From assembly GCA_964457955.1 (NCBI GenBank), contig CAYWEY010000004.1, forward strand, positions 1,883 through 65,882: a stretch of 64,000 nt of DNA. The letters run 5' to 3'. This document shows positions 29,793 to 40,164 of this stretch, piece after piece (within the stretch, counting starts at the first letter, position 1; each line of letters begins with the position of its first letter). The notes beneath the pieces were generated by a model. The model did not search any database. It had not been told where the DNA came from and saw only the letters and a program-made list of their open reading frames with translations. The stretch is from Candidatus Woesearchaeota archaeon (GTDB lineage: Archaea; Nanobdellota; Nanobdellia; Tiddalikarchaeales; Tiddalikarchaeaceae). Made by a program: the position numbers and the translations under genes.

Positions 29793-30677
29793 TCAATTAT
29801 ACAATATATATCGATTTTTTAGTTCTTTGTAACGGCTTCTCAGAGTAACTTCTGTAACACCAACTTTTTTACTAATTTCTTTCTGTGTTAAGTAACCTTT
29901 TCTCACCATGTATATCGCGCCAGCAACAATTCCTTTAGGGTCTTTTCCACTTATTTGGTAATTATTCTTCAATGCATTTATTATTATTTCACGAACTTTA
30001 TTCTCACTAGCACATAAATTACTGCAGTACTTGCTAACGTATTGAAGTAACTTGTTTTTTAATGATAATGTTTTGGGCTTCCCTAAACTCTTAACAACTG
30101 TTTTGTAAGCCTTTAAAATATCTTTAACGCTTTCTCCGGATTTTTCTGACAATTCACTGAATTCTATGTTATTTCCATTATTGTTTCCAGCATATTTTAT
30201 GCACGCACTTATCATACTTTCATAACTCCTTCCCCTGCATAAATTCTTGTCAACTATTTTTTTATAATATCTTAAAGCATCATTCTCAATTATATTATTA
30301 ATCCTTAACTGGCTTATTATTTTTTGAAAAATTCTTCCACTGCGTCTCAGGTTGTGTTCTATTCTTTTTGTTGAAGAATTATTTATTTTCCTCAATCTTT
30401 TATAATAAATAATTTTTTCTGGAGATAAAAGCCTGTTATAACCATCCTTATCAGCATTCTTGTTGATTGTTGTTCTGGAGCCTGAGAGATACTTGCTAAC
30501 AGTCTCTGTTCTTAACCTTTTTCTTCTTTCTTCTTTGTTGAAAGCCATTTTCTCATTACTAACAAAAGAGTAGCCGTAAACAGTCCCACAATTCCTGCAT
30601 ACAATCTCTTTATTATTAGCTGAAATAATCTTTTTATTCTTGCAACAATCAATTATTTCTTCAAGATTTGAAGTCAT
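29793..30677 (-). CDS. tfb: Transcription initiation factor B (TFIIB homologue)
   Basis: N-terminal Zn ribbon (CC...CRNCG) and two cyclin repeats ending ...KEISKKVGVTEVTLRSRYKEL. Confidence 0.85.
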   Translation of the reverse strand: MTSNLEEIIDCCKNKKIISANNKEIVCRNCGTVYGYSFVSNEKMAFNKEERRKRLRTETVSKYLSGSRTTINKNADKDGYNRLLSPEKIIYYKRLRKINNSSTKRIEHNLRRSGRIFQKIISQLRINNIIENDALRYYKKIVDKNLCRGRSYESMISACIKYAGNNNGNNIEFSELSEKSGESVKDILKAYKTVVKSLGKPKTLSLKNKLLQYVSKYCSNLCASENKVREIIINALKNNYQISGKDPKGIVAGAIYMVRKGYLTQKEISKKVGVTEVTLRSRYKELKNRYILYN

Positions 30678-31365
30678 CCAATTCTTTTCTTAATTTTTTG
30701 TTTTTATAAATCTTTATTATTTCAGGAGTGAATAATTTTTCACCTTTCCTTGTTTCTAAATCAGCAAGTCCGAGCCAGCATTTAATAAACAGTTTTTTCT
30801 TAACTCCAATATATCTTTTTTTAGGTGTGTTAGGTATTCTTATGAAACCTCTTCCTTTAAGAATCTCCATATAATATCTTGGGTTATATATTATTATTTC
30901 TTTATCATTATAATCCAGCACTATAATCCAGTTAATACCTGCATCCACTCGATGATATAACTTGTTAGAATTAATCATAATCATAACAGGAGTTTTTTTC
31001 ACAAATTCAAATAATTTTTTCTTAATATTTTTTTCAACAAATTCAATCATTCCTTTTTTTTCACACAAACGTCTCTTCTTGTATTCATATGAGCTTACAT
31101 CATAACTGATTCTTTTTTTAACAACGTGTTCAACACTATAATCATGGTTAAGTGCGTGATTGATTAAGTCATAATTCTCCAAAAAAGAATAAGGACTATT
31201 CTTTGTTATGAAATTTTTTATATTCTCTGCTTTCTGAGTCAAGTCATCAGGTTTTTTTTCATAAACAGGGGCATTCTTAAAATAATCCATTAAGCATATA
31301 AGACAAACTATTCCTGTATGCTCTTTTTTCTTGCAAGTATAATGAGGTATTTTAATATCTTTCAT
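30661..31365 (-). CDS. Hypothetical protein (possible papain-fold Cys peptidase)
   Basis: 234 aa. Cys in TGIVCLICLMDYF and a downstream His in HRVDAGINWIIVLDYND resemble the C39-like Cys...His order. Weak. Confidence 0.35.
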   Translation of the reverse strand: MKDIKIPHYTCKKKEHTGIVCLICLMDYFKNAPVYEKKPDDLTQKAENIKNFITKNSPYSFLENYDLINHALNHDYSVEHVVKKRISYDVSSYEYKKRRLCEKKGMIEFVEKNIKKKLFEFVKKTPVMIMINSNKLYHRVDAGINWIIVLDYNDKEIIIYNPRYYMEILKGRGFIRIPNTPKKRYIGVKKKLFIKCWLGLADLETRKGEKLFTPEIIKIYKNKKLRKELDDFKS

Positions 31366-31400
31366 AAATTTATTAAAGTAATATACTATTTATTAAGATT

Positions 31401-31934
31401 ATGCGTTGTTTTTTTAGCATTAATCTTCCTGAAAAAATAAGAGAAAATGTTTCTCATTTTATTTCACTGCTGAAAAGGAAGGAGTCTTCAATTTCATGGA
31501 TTCCTGAAAAAAATCTTCATATAACTATTAAGTTTTTAGGAAATGTTTCAAAAGTAAATGTTGAAAGACTAATAAAATACTCTAAAGAAATCAGCATGAA
31601 TGATTTTAAAGTAGTTTTTAGTAATCTTGGTGTTTTCCCTTCATTAAATAAGCCAAGAGTTTTATGGATAGGGGTTTCAGAAGGAAGAAATGAGTTATTA
31701 AAACTTTTTAACAGTCTTGATGAAAAAAGTTATTTAATAGGTGTTAAGAAAGATAAAAGAGAGTACGTGCCCCATTTAACAATAGCGAGGTGCAGAAGCG
31801 GAATGAGTAATAAAAAAATTTTAGAAAAAAATTTTGTTTCACCACCTTTTTTTGTAAAAAATTTCAGTCTGATGAAATCTGTTTTTGATGATAATGGAGT
31901 TCATTATGAGAAAATTCACTCGTTTAATTTATAA
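31401..31934 (+). CDS. 2H phosphoesterase (LigT/ThpR-like RNA 2',3'-cyclic phosphodiesterase)
   Basis: Two H-x-T/S-x motifs, LHITIKFLG and PHLTIARC, at the expected spacing. 177 aa. Confidence 0.7.
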   Translation: MRCFFSINLPEKIRENVSHFISLLKRKESSISWIPEKNLHITIKFLGNVSKVNVERLIKYSKEISMNDFKVVFSNLGVFPSLNKPRVLWIGVSEGRNELLKLFNSLDEKSYLIGVKKDKREYVPHLTIARCRSGMSNKKILEKNFVSPPFFVKNFSLMKSVFDDNGVHYEKIHSFNL

Positions 31935-31958
31935 AACAATAAATCTTTAATAATTATT

Positions 31959-33437
31959 ATGAAGAAATTCTTAACTTTGTTGGTATTATTGATTATTTTA
32001 AACACTGGATTCTGCTTTTTTGACTCAGTTTTACTAGTTAATGACACTGAATATTATGATTATTTTGCTTCAGTTCCGGTTAGTTATAAGATTGGTGCAC
32101 CAATAATAACTACTTCCCAGATTAATTCTTCAATAAATAAATTAATTAATTTTGATGTTAGTGAAATAATCATAATAGGTGGTTCAAAAGCAGTTTCTTT
32201 AAGAATGGAGGATGAATTGAAAAAAAGTTTTAAAGTAGAAAGGATTGGTGGAGCAACTTTTTACGGAACATCTTCTCTTATTGCCCGAAGATTCTTTAAT
32301 AAAACAAATATTACTCTTGTAAACCCATTAGATTACAAAGACGTTTTTAAGGCAACTGTTTACAGCAAGACAAGAAAACAACCACTCATTTATTATAAGA
32401 ATGATTCAGGACAACTATTTGAAACAATCAATATTCTTAATTCATCAAAAATTTATTGTTTCAATAATCATTACTGTTCTGGATTTAACCAGGAATTTTT
32501 TAATACTTCAAGATTAAGAGGACTCTTCTTTAACAAAAGCAAAGAATTCAGGATTTTACGTCCTCAAAATTTCAGAGAATTGCTTAACGCATTCACTCAT
32601 CACACTTATGATTTTGTATTAATGGATGATGATTCTGACCTGGTTTATGCATCAAGTTTTTTATCCCGACCAAAGTATGAAAAAATTGTTCTATATGGTA
32701 TTGTGAATTATTCAAAATCGGATGAGAGAATAAGTTTTCCTTCTAATGATTTTATTTTTTCTTCAAAAGAACTTCTTGGTTTTGAGGAAAAGAACAGATT
32801 ATTCTCTTACGTAAATATATCTTTTGATTATTTTATGCAGGATTTTTTTAACAAATCATTCTATGTAAGAGATAATAATTTAGAAAAAATTGTTAGTTAC
32901 CAGAAAAAATTCAGCTGGGCTGAAAGTCTTCATAAGTCAGGAAAATACAATATGGCTAATGATTTATTATTCTCAGCATATAGTGAAGTAATCAACAATG
33001 CATGCAGTAATACCTGCCACTCATTGATTCTTTTTTATGAAAGAAAAGACTTACATCATGAAATAAGGGATATGAACAAATCTTTAAAAAACATAGCTAA
33101 TGATGTTCGTTACTTCTTAGGTGATGAAACACTGATTTATGATTTGATTGATAGGACAAGAAAAGTTTATGATTCTGCACTCACAAGTTTTAACAAAAAG
33201 AATTATTTCCAAACATCTTATTTTTTATATAATTCTGATTTAAGATTTAATGGACTGAAAAAACTTCTTAATTATGAAGAAGTTGAAAATATTGATGAAT
33301 TGCTTGACAATACTTCTCTTTATAAAACTAAAAATAAGTGTATTTCTTCAAATTCTAGTGCAAGAAATCCCTTCACCGGCAACTGTATTTCTTTTCCAAC
33401 ATCTTGTGACATTCCTCTGGGATGGAAAGAATGCTGA
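31959..33437 (+). CDS. Secreted/surface protein, N-glycosylation sequon-rich
   Basis: N-terminal hydrophobic signal/anchor and at least 13 N-x-S/T sequons in 492 aa (NDTE, NSS, NKTNIT, NDS, NSS, NTS, NKS, NYS, NIS, NKS, NTS, NSS...). Cys-rich C-terminus. Confidence 0.55.
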   Translation: MKKFLTLLVLLIILNTGFCFFDSVLLVNDTEYYDYFASVPVSYKIGAPIITTSQINSSINKLINFDVSEIIIIGGSKAVSLRMEDELKKSFKVERIGGATFYGTSSLIARRFFNKTNITLVNPLDYKDVFKATVYSKTRKQPLIYYKNDSGQLFETINILNSSKIYCFNNHYCSGFNQEFFNTSRLRGLFFNKSKEFRILRPQNFRELLNAFTHHTYDFVLMDDDSDLVYASSFLSRPKYEKIVLYGIVNYSKSDERISFPSNDFIFSSKELLGFEEKNRLFSYVNISFDYFMQDFFNKSFYVRDNNLEKIVSYQKKFSWAESLHKSGKYNMANDLLFSAYSEVINNACSNTCHSLILFYERKDLHHEIRDMNKSLKNIANDVRYFLGDETLIYDLIDRTRKVYDSALTSFNKKNYFQTSYFLYNSDLRFNGLKKLLNYEEVENIDELLDNTSLYKTKNKCISSNSSARNPFTGNCISFPTSCDIPLGWKEC

Positions 33438-33488
33438 TTTTAAAACCAAAAAACAAAAAAACACTGAATTCATTAATTTTTGTTATAA

Positions 33489-34517
33489 ATGGGAGTTAGT
33501 TTAGGAGAATTAGTTAATCCTGTGGAGATTGGTTTAGATATTCTTGCTAGAAAAAAAATCGCTGTTGATGCTCTTAACGTGATTTACCAGTTTTTAGGAA
33601 GCATAAGACAATATAACGGGACTCCATTAATGGATAGTCAGGGAAGAATCACAAGTCACTTAAGCGGATTGTTTTACAGAACTTTTAAACTAATGAACAA
33701 GGATATTAAGCCATGTTTTGTTTTTGACGGCAAACCTCCTAGTTTCAAAAGTAAAACAATACAGTCCCGCATTGAATCCAGAAAAAAAGCAAGGAAAGAA
33801 TATAAGAGAGCGTTAAGAAATGGCAATATTAAGAAAGCAAGGATGAAGGCAGGACAGTCCTCAAAATTAACTGATGAAATGATTAAGGAGAGCAAGGAAT
33901 TATTAGAATATATGGGTGTTCCCGTAGTTCAGGCGCCGAGTGAAGGTGAAGCACAGGCAGTGCGAATGGTTAAGAATAAAGATGTTTATGCCTGTGCAAC
34001 CCAGGATTATGATAGTTTATTATTTGGATGCCCTGTTCTAATAAGAAATCTTAATATAACAGGAAAACGTAAGGTTCCGGGAAAAGATGAATATATTGAT
34101 ATTGGTCCTGAAAAACTTGTTTTAAAAGATGTTCTTAATGAATTAGGATTATACCATGACCAATTAATAATGATGGGCATTCTTATTGGAACAGATTTTA
34201 ATCCTGGAGGAGTTTATGGAATAGGGCCGAAAAGAGCGTATGATTTAGTGAAGGAATCCGGAGGAAATTTTGATTTAGTGTTCAAAAACGTTGAATGGGA
34301 TTTTAATATAAACCCCAAAAAAATATTTGATTTTTTCAAGAATCCTAAAATAACCAATAATTATAATCTTAAATGGAAGCATTTTGATGAGGAGAAAATA
34401 AGAGAATTATTATGCGAGAAGCATGGATTCAGTGCTAAGAGAGTGAATAATGCTCTTGAAAGAGGCAGACAAGCTCTTAAGAAGAGAAGCCAGACAGGGC
34501 TTGACAAGTTCTTATAA
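33489..34517 (+). CDS. fen: Flap endonuclease 1
   Basis: MGVSLGELV...IAVDALNVIYQFL N-terminus and a GIGPKRA helix-3-turn-helix motif. 342 aa. Confidence 0.9.
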   Translation: MGVSLGELVNPVEIGLDILARKKIAVDALNVIYQFLGSIRQYNGTPLMDSQGRITSHLSGLFYRTFKLMNKDIKPCFVFDGKPPSFKSKTIQSRIESRKKARKEYKRALRNGNIKKARMKAGQSSKLTDEMIKESKELLEYMGVPVVQAPSEGEAQAVRMVKNKDVYACATQDYDSLLFGCPVLIRNLNITGKRKVPGKDEYIDIGPEKLVLKDVLNELGLYHDQLIMMGILIGTDFNPGGVYGIGPKRAYDLVKESGGNFDLVFKNVEWDFNINPKKIFDFFKNPKITNNYNLKWKHFDEEKIRELLCEKHGFSAKRVNNALERGRQALKKRSQTGLDKFL

Positions 34518-35179
34518 GAATCTTTTTTTTCACTTTATCAATAGTTTTTAACAACATATTATTAAAACTTGATAAATAAGGTATTATGAAATGTTTAAAC
34601 ACTTTTCTGATAATAAAAATATGAGACAATAAGAGCAATAATTAACATCAATCTCTTCATTAACAAACAATCCTATTCCGAAAGAAAAAATTACTCCCAT
34701 AAAAATAAATGAAACTATTAAGATGTAAATGATTATGGTTAAAAAATCCATTACTGCAAGCAGGAATAAGTGTGCTATCCCGAATTTTTTTTTGTTCTCC
34801 TTCTCTTCTAAGTAAAAGATAAAACACTATGGATAATATTATTGTAAATATCAGAGCAATCATCGAGTTTTTTTGGAAGAGGATTTTTTATAAAAAAAAG
34901 CATGAAAAAACCATATAATAATAGCACAAACTAAAACTATTGTAATATAGTGTAGTACGGGGTTTTTCACTTAAATCAATAATTATTGTTCTTCCTCTTA
35001 TTTTTGAAAAATATTTTTTTTTCTATTTAATAACAAAATATGCCAAGAAAGTGATAAATTATCCGGTTATTCCGAACATGAAACCAACTATTATTTCAGC
35101 AAATAAACTCATTAAATAATAATTTTTCTAAAGACATTATTTAAATCTTTTTAAAGAATTAAATAATTGAAGTGTTCTA

Positions 35180-36415
35180 ATGATTTATGCAGACCTTCAT
35201 ACTCATTCAAAATATAGTAGAGCAACAAGCAATAAGATGAATATTAAGCACTTAAGTATTAATGGATGTGTTAAGGGACTTAATCTTATTGGCACAGGAG
35301 ACTTCACTCATCCAGAATGGCTTAAAGAGATTAAAGAAAACACTATTCATAAAGAATCAGGAATTCTTGAATCAAAACACAATGATATGAAATTCATGCT
35401 TACCAGTGAAATAGCAACTATTTACTCACAGAATCAGAAAGTCAGGAAAATACATCACATCATCATACTCCCAAGTCTTGAACATGTTGAACAATTCAAC
35501 GACTTATTAAGAAAAAAACTATACAAAAAAGGAAAAAAGTGCAACTTAACTCATGATGGTCGTCCAATAATAGGTATGACTAGTATTGAACTTGCTGAAA
35601 CAGTTTTCAGTGTTCATGATAAAGCATTATTAATACCTGCTCATATATGGACTCCTTGGTTTTCTTTATTCGGAAGCAAAAGCGGTTTTAATAATATAAG
35701 TGATTGTTACGGAGAATATACGAAAAAGATTCTTAGTGTTGAGACAGGATTAAGCAGCGACCCGTTGATGAACTGGAGACTTAGCATGCTGGATGATTAC
35801 ACTCTTATAAGTAATAGTGATTGTCACAGCCCGTATGTTTACAGGATAGGAAGAGAATGCAATGTCTTTACATGGGACCGAATCAGTTATGATAATCTTT
35901 ACAATACTCTGAGAACAAGAAAAGGTTTTGAACACACTATTGAAGTTGATCCTGGTTATGGAAAATACTATTTTGACGGGCACAGAAAATGTGGTGTATG
36001 CCTAAAACCGAAAGAGAGTATGAAGATGAATAATGAGTGTCCTGAGTGCGGTAAGAAACTGACAATAGGAGTCCTGCACCGTGTTGAACAACTGGCTGAC
36101 AGAGAAGAAGGATATAAACCAAAAAAAAGGATTCCCTTCAAGTATCATATTCCTTTAATAGAGATTATTTCAAAAATTCTTGGTTATGGTGTTAAGACAA
36201 AAAAAGTTAATAATTATTATAATAATCTTATTAAAAAATACGACAACGAATTCAACATAATGTTTAACATAGACACTAAGGAATTGGATAATAAATTACT
36301 TGCTCACACTATTAATGAGTTAAGGAATAATAATCTTAAAATTAGTCCGGGTTATGACGGTGTTTATGGAGAACCAGTAATAGAAAAACAGCAGAGTTCT
36401 CTGTCATGTTTTTAA
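35180..36415 (+). CDS. Endonuclease Q-like (PHP domain + Zn finger) deaminated-base DNA endonuclease
   Basis: ADLHTHSKYS (PHP), LIGTGDFTHPEW, HHIIILPS, PAHIWTPW, SNSDCHSP, DPGYGKYYFDGHRKCGVC...CPECGKKLTIGVLHRVEQLAD, and C-terminal PGYDGVYGE. The order matches the EndoQ family as I recall it. Confidence 0.65.
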   Translation: MIYADLHTHSKYSRATSNKMNIKHLSINGCVKGLNLIGTGDFTHPEWLKEIKENTIHKESGILESKHNDMKFMLTSEIATIYSQNQKVRKIHHIIILPSLEHVEQFNDLLRKKLYKKGKKCNLTHDGRPIIGMTSIELAETVFSVHDKALLIPAHIWTPWFSLFGSKSGFNNISDCYGEYTKKILSVETGLSSDPLMNWRLSMLDDYTLISNSDCHSPYVYRIGRECNVFTWDRISYDNLYNTLRTRKGFEHTIEVDPGYGKYYFDGHRKCGVCLKPKESMKMNNECPECGKKLTIGVLHRVEQLADREEGYKPKKRIPFKYHIPLIEIISKILGYGVKTKKVNNYYNNLIKKYDNEFNIMFNIDTKELDNKLLAHTINELRNNNLKISPGYDGVYGEPVIEKQQSSLSCF

Positions 36416-36673
36416 TTAGTCAGGAAGTTTTGACTCTGATATACTGAATATTCCATAAGTATAAGTTATTATTATAACTATTAAAAAAACATTCTTCAAA
36501 AAATTAGGCAGTATTTTAAAGATTAAACCAATACTGTGAATCAGAAGCAGTATTGAACCAGCAAGCAGGAAAAAGAATCCTTCCCTCCACTTCCTTATCA
36601 CTGATTTCTTAATCCCTTTAATACTTATATTAAGCAATAATAATCCTATTATTCCTCCAATGATTTCAAACAT
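36416..36673 (-). CDS. Small 2-TM membrane protein
   Basis: 85 aa with two hydrophobic helices. Confidence 0.3.
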   Translation of the reverse strand: MFEIIGGIIGLLLLNISIKGIKKSVIRKWREGFFFLLAGSILLLIHSIGLIFKILPNFLKNVFLIVIIITYTYGIFSISESKLPD

Positions 36674-36765
36674 TAAGTGAAATAAATTAAAAAAGAATTT
36701 AAAAACTTTATCCCAGCATTTTTTTTCAAAAAACTTTAATTATAAAAAAACATAATAAATAATTA

Positions 36766-37296
36766 ATGAAAATAAAAAATTTAGGCAGTTCTGGTGTGAA
36801 AATAGTTTTTGATAACAATATTGTTGTTTATTTTAATCCTTCCACTGCTGAAAATGAAGATAAAGCAGATATGATTTTCCTCACCAATAAAGATAATAAT
36901 CCGGAACTGACGAGTTTGATAAAACCAGACACTCATTTATTCTTCCCTGATAAGACTGGTTTTAATTCCAATAATATTCATGTTATGGAAGAGAAACAGG
37001 TTTTATCAGTTAATAATTTCCAAGTAATAGCTTTTCCTGCAAAAAAAACCTTATTAGGATATGTAGTCTCGTATAAAGGAAAAACGATTTATTATTCAGG
37101 AGAAAATAGTATTATTCCTGAAATGAAGAATTTAAAAAATATTAATATCGCATTCTTCCCTTCATGGAATAATAATTTTTCTGAAATTGCAAGTTTTTTT
37201 AAACCGGACGCCCTGATATTGCTGGATAATGATGATAATAATATTGATTACAAAAATTCTGTTGTTTTAAAAAAAAATGAAATAAAAATTATTTGA
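36766..37296 (+). CDS. Hypothetical protein (possible degenerate MBL-fold)
   Basis: 176 aa. N-terminal beta-rich pattern without a clear HxHxDH. Confidence 0.3.
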   Translation: MKIKNLGSSGVKIVFDNNIVVYFNPSTAENEDKADMIFLTNKDNNPELTSLIKPDTHLFFPDKTGFNSNNIHVMEEKQVLSVNNFQVIAFPAKKTLLGYVVSYKGKTIYYSGENSIIPEMKNLKNINIAFFPSWNNNFSEIASFFKPDALILLDNDDNNIDYKNSVVLKKNEIKII

Positions 37297-37492
37297 CTCT
37301 TATAGCATCTGAAGGACAATTATTCTCACATGCTTTGCAGTTTATGCAGTCCTCAGGTCTCGCTACTTTCGGGCACTTATCATCTGAGATTTTGTCAAAT
37401 ACTTCTGAAGGACATATATTCACGCATATGAATGCTTTTGTGCACTTCTCGCAGTCAATGTAAGGTCTTGGTTTTTCTTCTTTTTCAGCCAT
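37289..37492 (-). CDS. 2x[4Fe-4S] ferredoxin
   Basis: Two CxxCxxCxxxCP motifs (CEKCTKAFICVNICP; CINCKACENNCP) in 67 aa. Confidence 0.7.
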   Translation of the reverse strand: MAEKEEKPRPYIDCEKCTKAFICVNICPSEVFDKISDDKCPKVARPEDCINCKACENNCPSDAIRVK

Positions 37493-37557
37493 AACTAATT
37501 ATAAAATATTTATATTTTTTAATACTTTCTATAATGCAGGAGAATATGTCAACTTTA

Positions 37558-39705
37558 TCATACTTTTTTAATATTCTTGCATTTTGGGAAATTATTGCAT
37601 CCGAGAAAGAATTGTTTCTTTTTTGATATTCTTAAAACCATTTTACCGTCGCACTTGTCGCAATCAGATTTAATTCTTGATTCACATTTATTATTAACAC
37701 ATATTTCTTTATCATTAATTTTAATAATTGGTGCACCGCATTCCTTGCATAATTTATCGACTGCTTCAAAATCCTTATGAGGAAGAGGATAAGAATTCTT
37801 GCATTCCGGATAATCAGTGCATCCTATGAATTCGCTTTTGTACTTTTTCGAATACATCACAACCATCTTGTTCCCGCACTTATCGCATTTACCAACATAT
37901 TCACCCACACTGCTGTTATTATCCCACATTTTTTCAAGCCCTTTATTCAAATCCTTACCTATTTCTTCTTCATTGTCCTTGAAATCCCTGCTTATATCCA
38001 TAATGATTTCCTGTGCTTGTGAAATAACTTCTTCTTTAATTTCTTTTTTATCAATTATCATCCTCATTTGTTTCTCGAATTTTCTTGTTAATTCCTTGTT
38101 TATTATTCTAGGACAGTGTTTTTCAAGCGTTTCAATAACTTTAAGCCCGTAATCAGTTACTCTTATACTCTTTTTTCCTTTAATATAATTCCTTTTCTTT
38201 AACTTTTCAACAATGTTTGCTCTTGTAGATTTTGTTCCGAGTTCTAATTTCTCCATCTTCTTTATTATTCCTGCATAAGAATATCTTCCAGGAGGTTTTG
38301 TCTCATCTTTGTTCATCCTGATTTCATAATCACTTATTTTTTCTCCTTCCTTAATTTCAGGAAAAATTGTCTGCTCATAATTTGCGTAAGGCTTGTAATA
38401 ATTTATCCAATTATTCTTCAATATTTTGTAACCACTTGTTCTGAAATCGTGTTCTCCTATATTAAGAACTATTCTTGTAGTTTCCTTAACTGCAGGTTTT
38501 CCAAAAACGCTCATGAAACGCTTCACTATTAAGTCATAAACTTTTTTCTGACTCTTTGTTAATTTTTTAGGAACCTCGCCTGTAGGATAAATGGCTGTAT
38601 GAGCCCGGTCTTTTTTCTTACCCTGTCTGGGTTTCAAAATTTTTTTCTTAACTAATTCTTCCCCGAATTTTTTGTACTCTTCCTGTTTTTTTAATTTATT
38701 AAGTATCTTCCTATAATCTATTTTTTCAGGAAGTTTCTGACTGCTTGTTCTCGGATAAGATATTAATGCTTTCACATAAAGTTTTTGTGCAATACTTTGG
38801 GTGATGCGCGGATTGTATCCCAATCTCCTGTATGCTTCAGACTGTAATCCTGTAAGGTTAAAAGGTACAGGAGGATTTATTTTACCCTTCTTTTTATTCA
38901 CTTTCTTAACAAAGCATTCTACTTCTTCTTTGCATTCACTAATTATTTTTTCAGCAACTTTTTTATCAAATATTCTTTTCTTCTTATAATCCAGGCTGAA
39001 ATCATTCCATAATAATTTTATAGTCCAGTAATCTTCAGGCACAAAATTTCTTATCTTCTTCTCTTTATCGCACAAGATTTTTAGCGCGGGTCCCTGAACT
39101 CTTCCAGTACTGATTATTCTGAATCCTTTCCTGACTTTTTTAAGACTAAGTGTTAATGCGCGCGTAATATTAACGCCATACATCCAGTCAAGATGATGTC
39201 TTGCAAGTCCGGCATTAACTTCACCCATATCTATATTTCTTAACCTGTGATTGAAACTTTCTCTTATCTCCTCCTCTGTAAGTGTTGTGAACCTCATCCT
39301 CTCAGCTTTTTTAGTCTTGCATATGAATCTTAATATATTGTAAGCAATCACGCTTCCTTCATTATCCCAGTCAGTGCATACAATAAAATTATCCGCATTT
39401 TTGTATAATTTTTCGAAATTCTCATAATATTTTTTTGCATAATAACTCTTTTTATTGATTTCAAAAATAGGATGCCATTCTGGATTAAAAACAGGATAAT
39501 GCCATCCTTTCTTGTCCTCAATCTTAAGCCCGTAAAGATGACCAACAGCAGGCACGACCACGTATTCTTCACCACTTATTGTGAACGTGTAATAAACACT
39601 CTTGTTCTTCTTTCTTTCTTCATAAAAAGTATTTTCATCACATAAACTCTTCGCTATCTTCTTAGCAGCTGCAGGCTTTTCCGAAATCATTAAAGTATAA
39701 CTCAT
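37558..39705 (-). CDS. topA: DNA topoisomerase I (type IA) with C-terminal Zn ribbons
   Basis: N-terminal Toprim (LMISEKPAAAKKIA), active-site region ISYPRTSSQ, and C-terminal C4 ribbons. Confidence 0.85.
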   Translation of the reverse strand: MSYTLMISEKPAAAKKIAKSLCDENTFYEERKKNKSVYYTFTISGEEYVVVPAVGHLYGLKIEDKKGWHYPVFNPEWHPIFEINKKSYYAKKYYENFEKLYKNADNFIVCTDWDNEGSVIAYNILRFICKTKKAERMRFTTLTEEEIRESFNHRLRNIDMGEVNAGLARHHLDWMYGVNITRALTLSLKKVRKGFRIISTGRVQGPALKILCDKEKKIRNFVPEDYWTIKLLWNDFSLDYKKKRIFDKKVAEKIISECKEEVECFVKKVNKKKGKINPPVPFNLTGLQSEAYRRLGYNPRITQSIAQKLYVKALISYPRTSSQKLPEKIDYRKILNKLKKQEEYKKFGEELVKKKILKPRQGKKKDRAHTAIYPTGEVPKKLTKSQKKVYDLIVKRFMSVFGKPAVKETTRIVLNIGEHDFRTSGYKILKNNWINYYKPYANYEQTIFPEIKEGEKISDYEIRMNKDETKPPGRYSYAGIIKKMEKLELGTKSTRANIVEKLKKRNYIKGKKSIRVTDYGLKVIETLEKHCPRIINKELTRKFEKQMRMIIDKKEIKEEVISQAQEIIMDISRDFKDNEEEIGKDLNKGLEKMWDNNSSVGEYVGKCDKCGNKMVVMYSKKYKSEFIGCTDYPECKNSYPLPHKDFEAVDKLCKECGAPIIKINDKEICVNNKCESRIKSDCDKCDGKMVLRISKKKQFFLGCNNFPKCKNIKKV

Positions 39706-40164
39706 AAAATTAGGGATTAGAACTGCTAGTTTTTAAATCTTATTCTAAATTTGGTTTTGTAAAAATATTTTGTTTTATCAGGACTTGTTGTTATTTTTTT
39801 CAGTAGTGTTTGGTTTCGTTTTCAAATCTTCACTCCCATAATTCATATCAATATTCTCCTAAATAAAGCATGCTGACTAAAAATTTAATCCAAGACCCAT
39901 CTTTTCAGTCAAAATCATTATCTTTCACCAAACGAGTATAAAAGATTCAGTAAGATAAATTAATGAGGATTTCTCCAGTACAAATATTTCATAACTTTTT
40001 TTTTTATATAAAAATGATTATACTGTTTACTTATTTGAAGGAGTTTATGAAAGTTATAATTGGGAGTTGAGTTTTGAATAACCAAGAAATTATTTATTTA
40101 ATATTCTTGTTTATGATATCGGAAGTGATTGTGTCTTGCGGTGATTCACTATAATAATTTTCTT

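Noticed and set aside
37577-38152. Three plus-strand ORFs inside topA
   Set aside because: Antisense shadows with no motifs.
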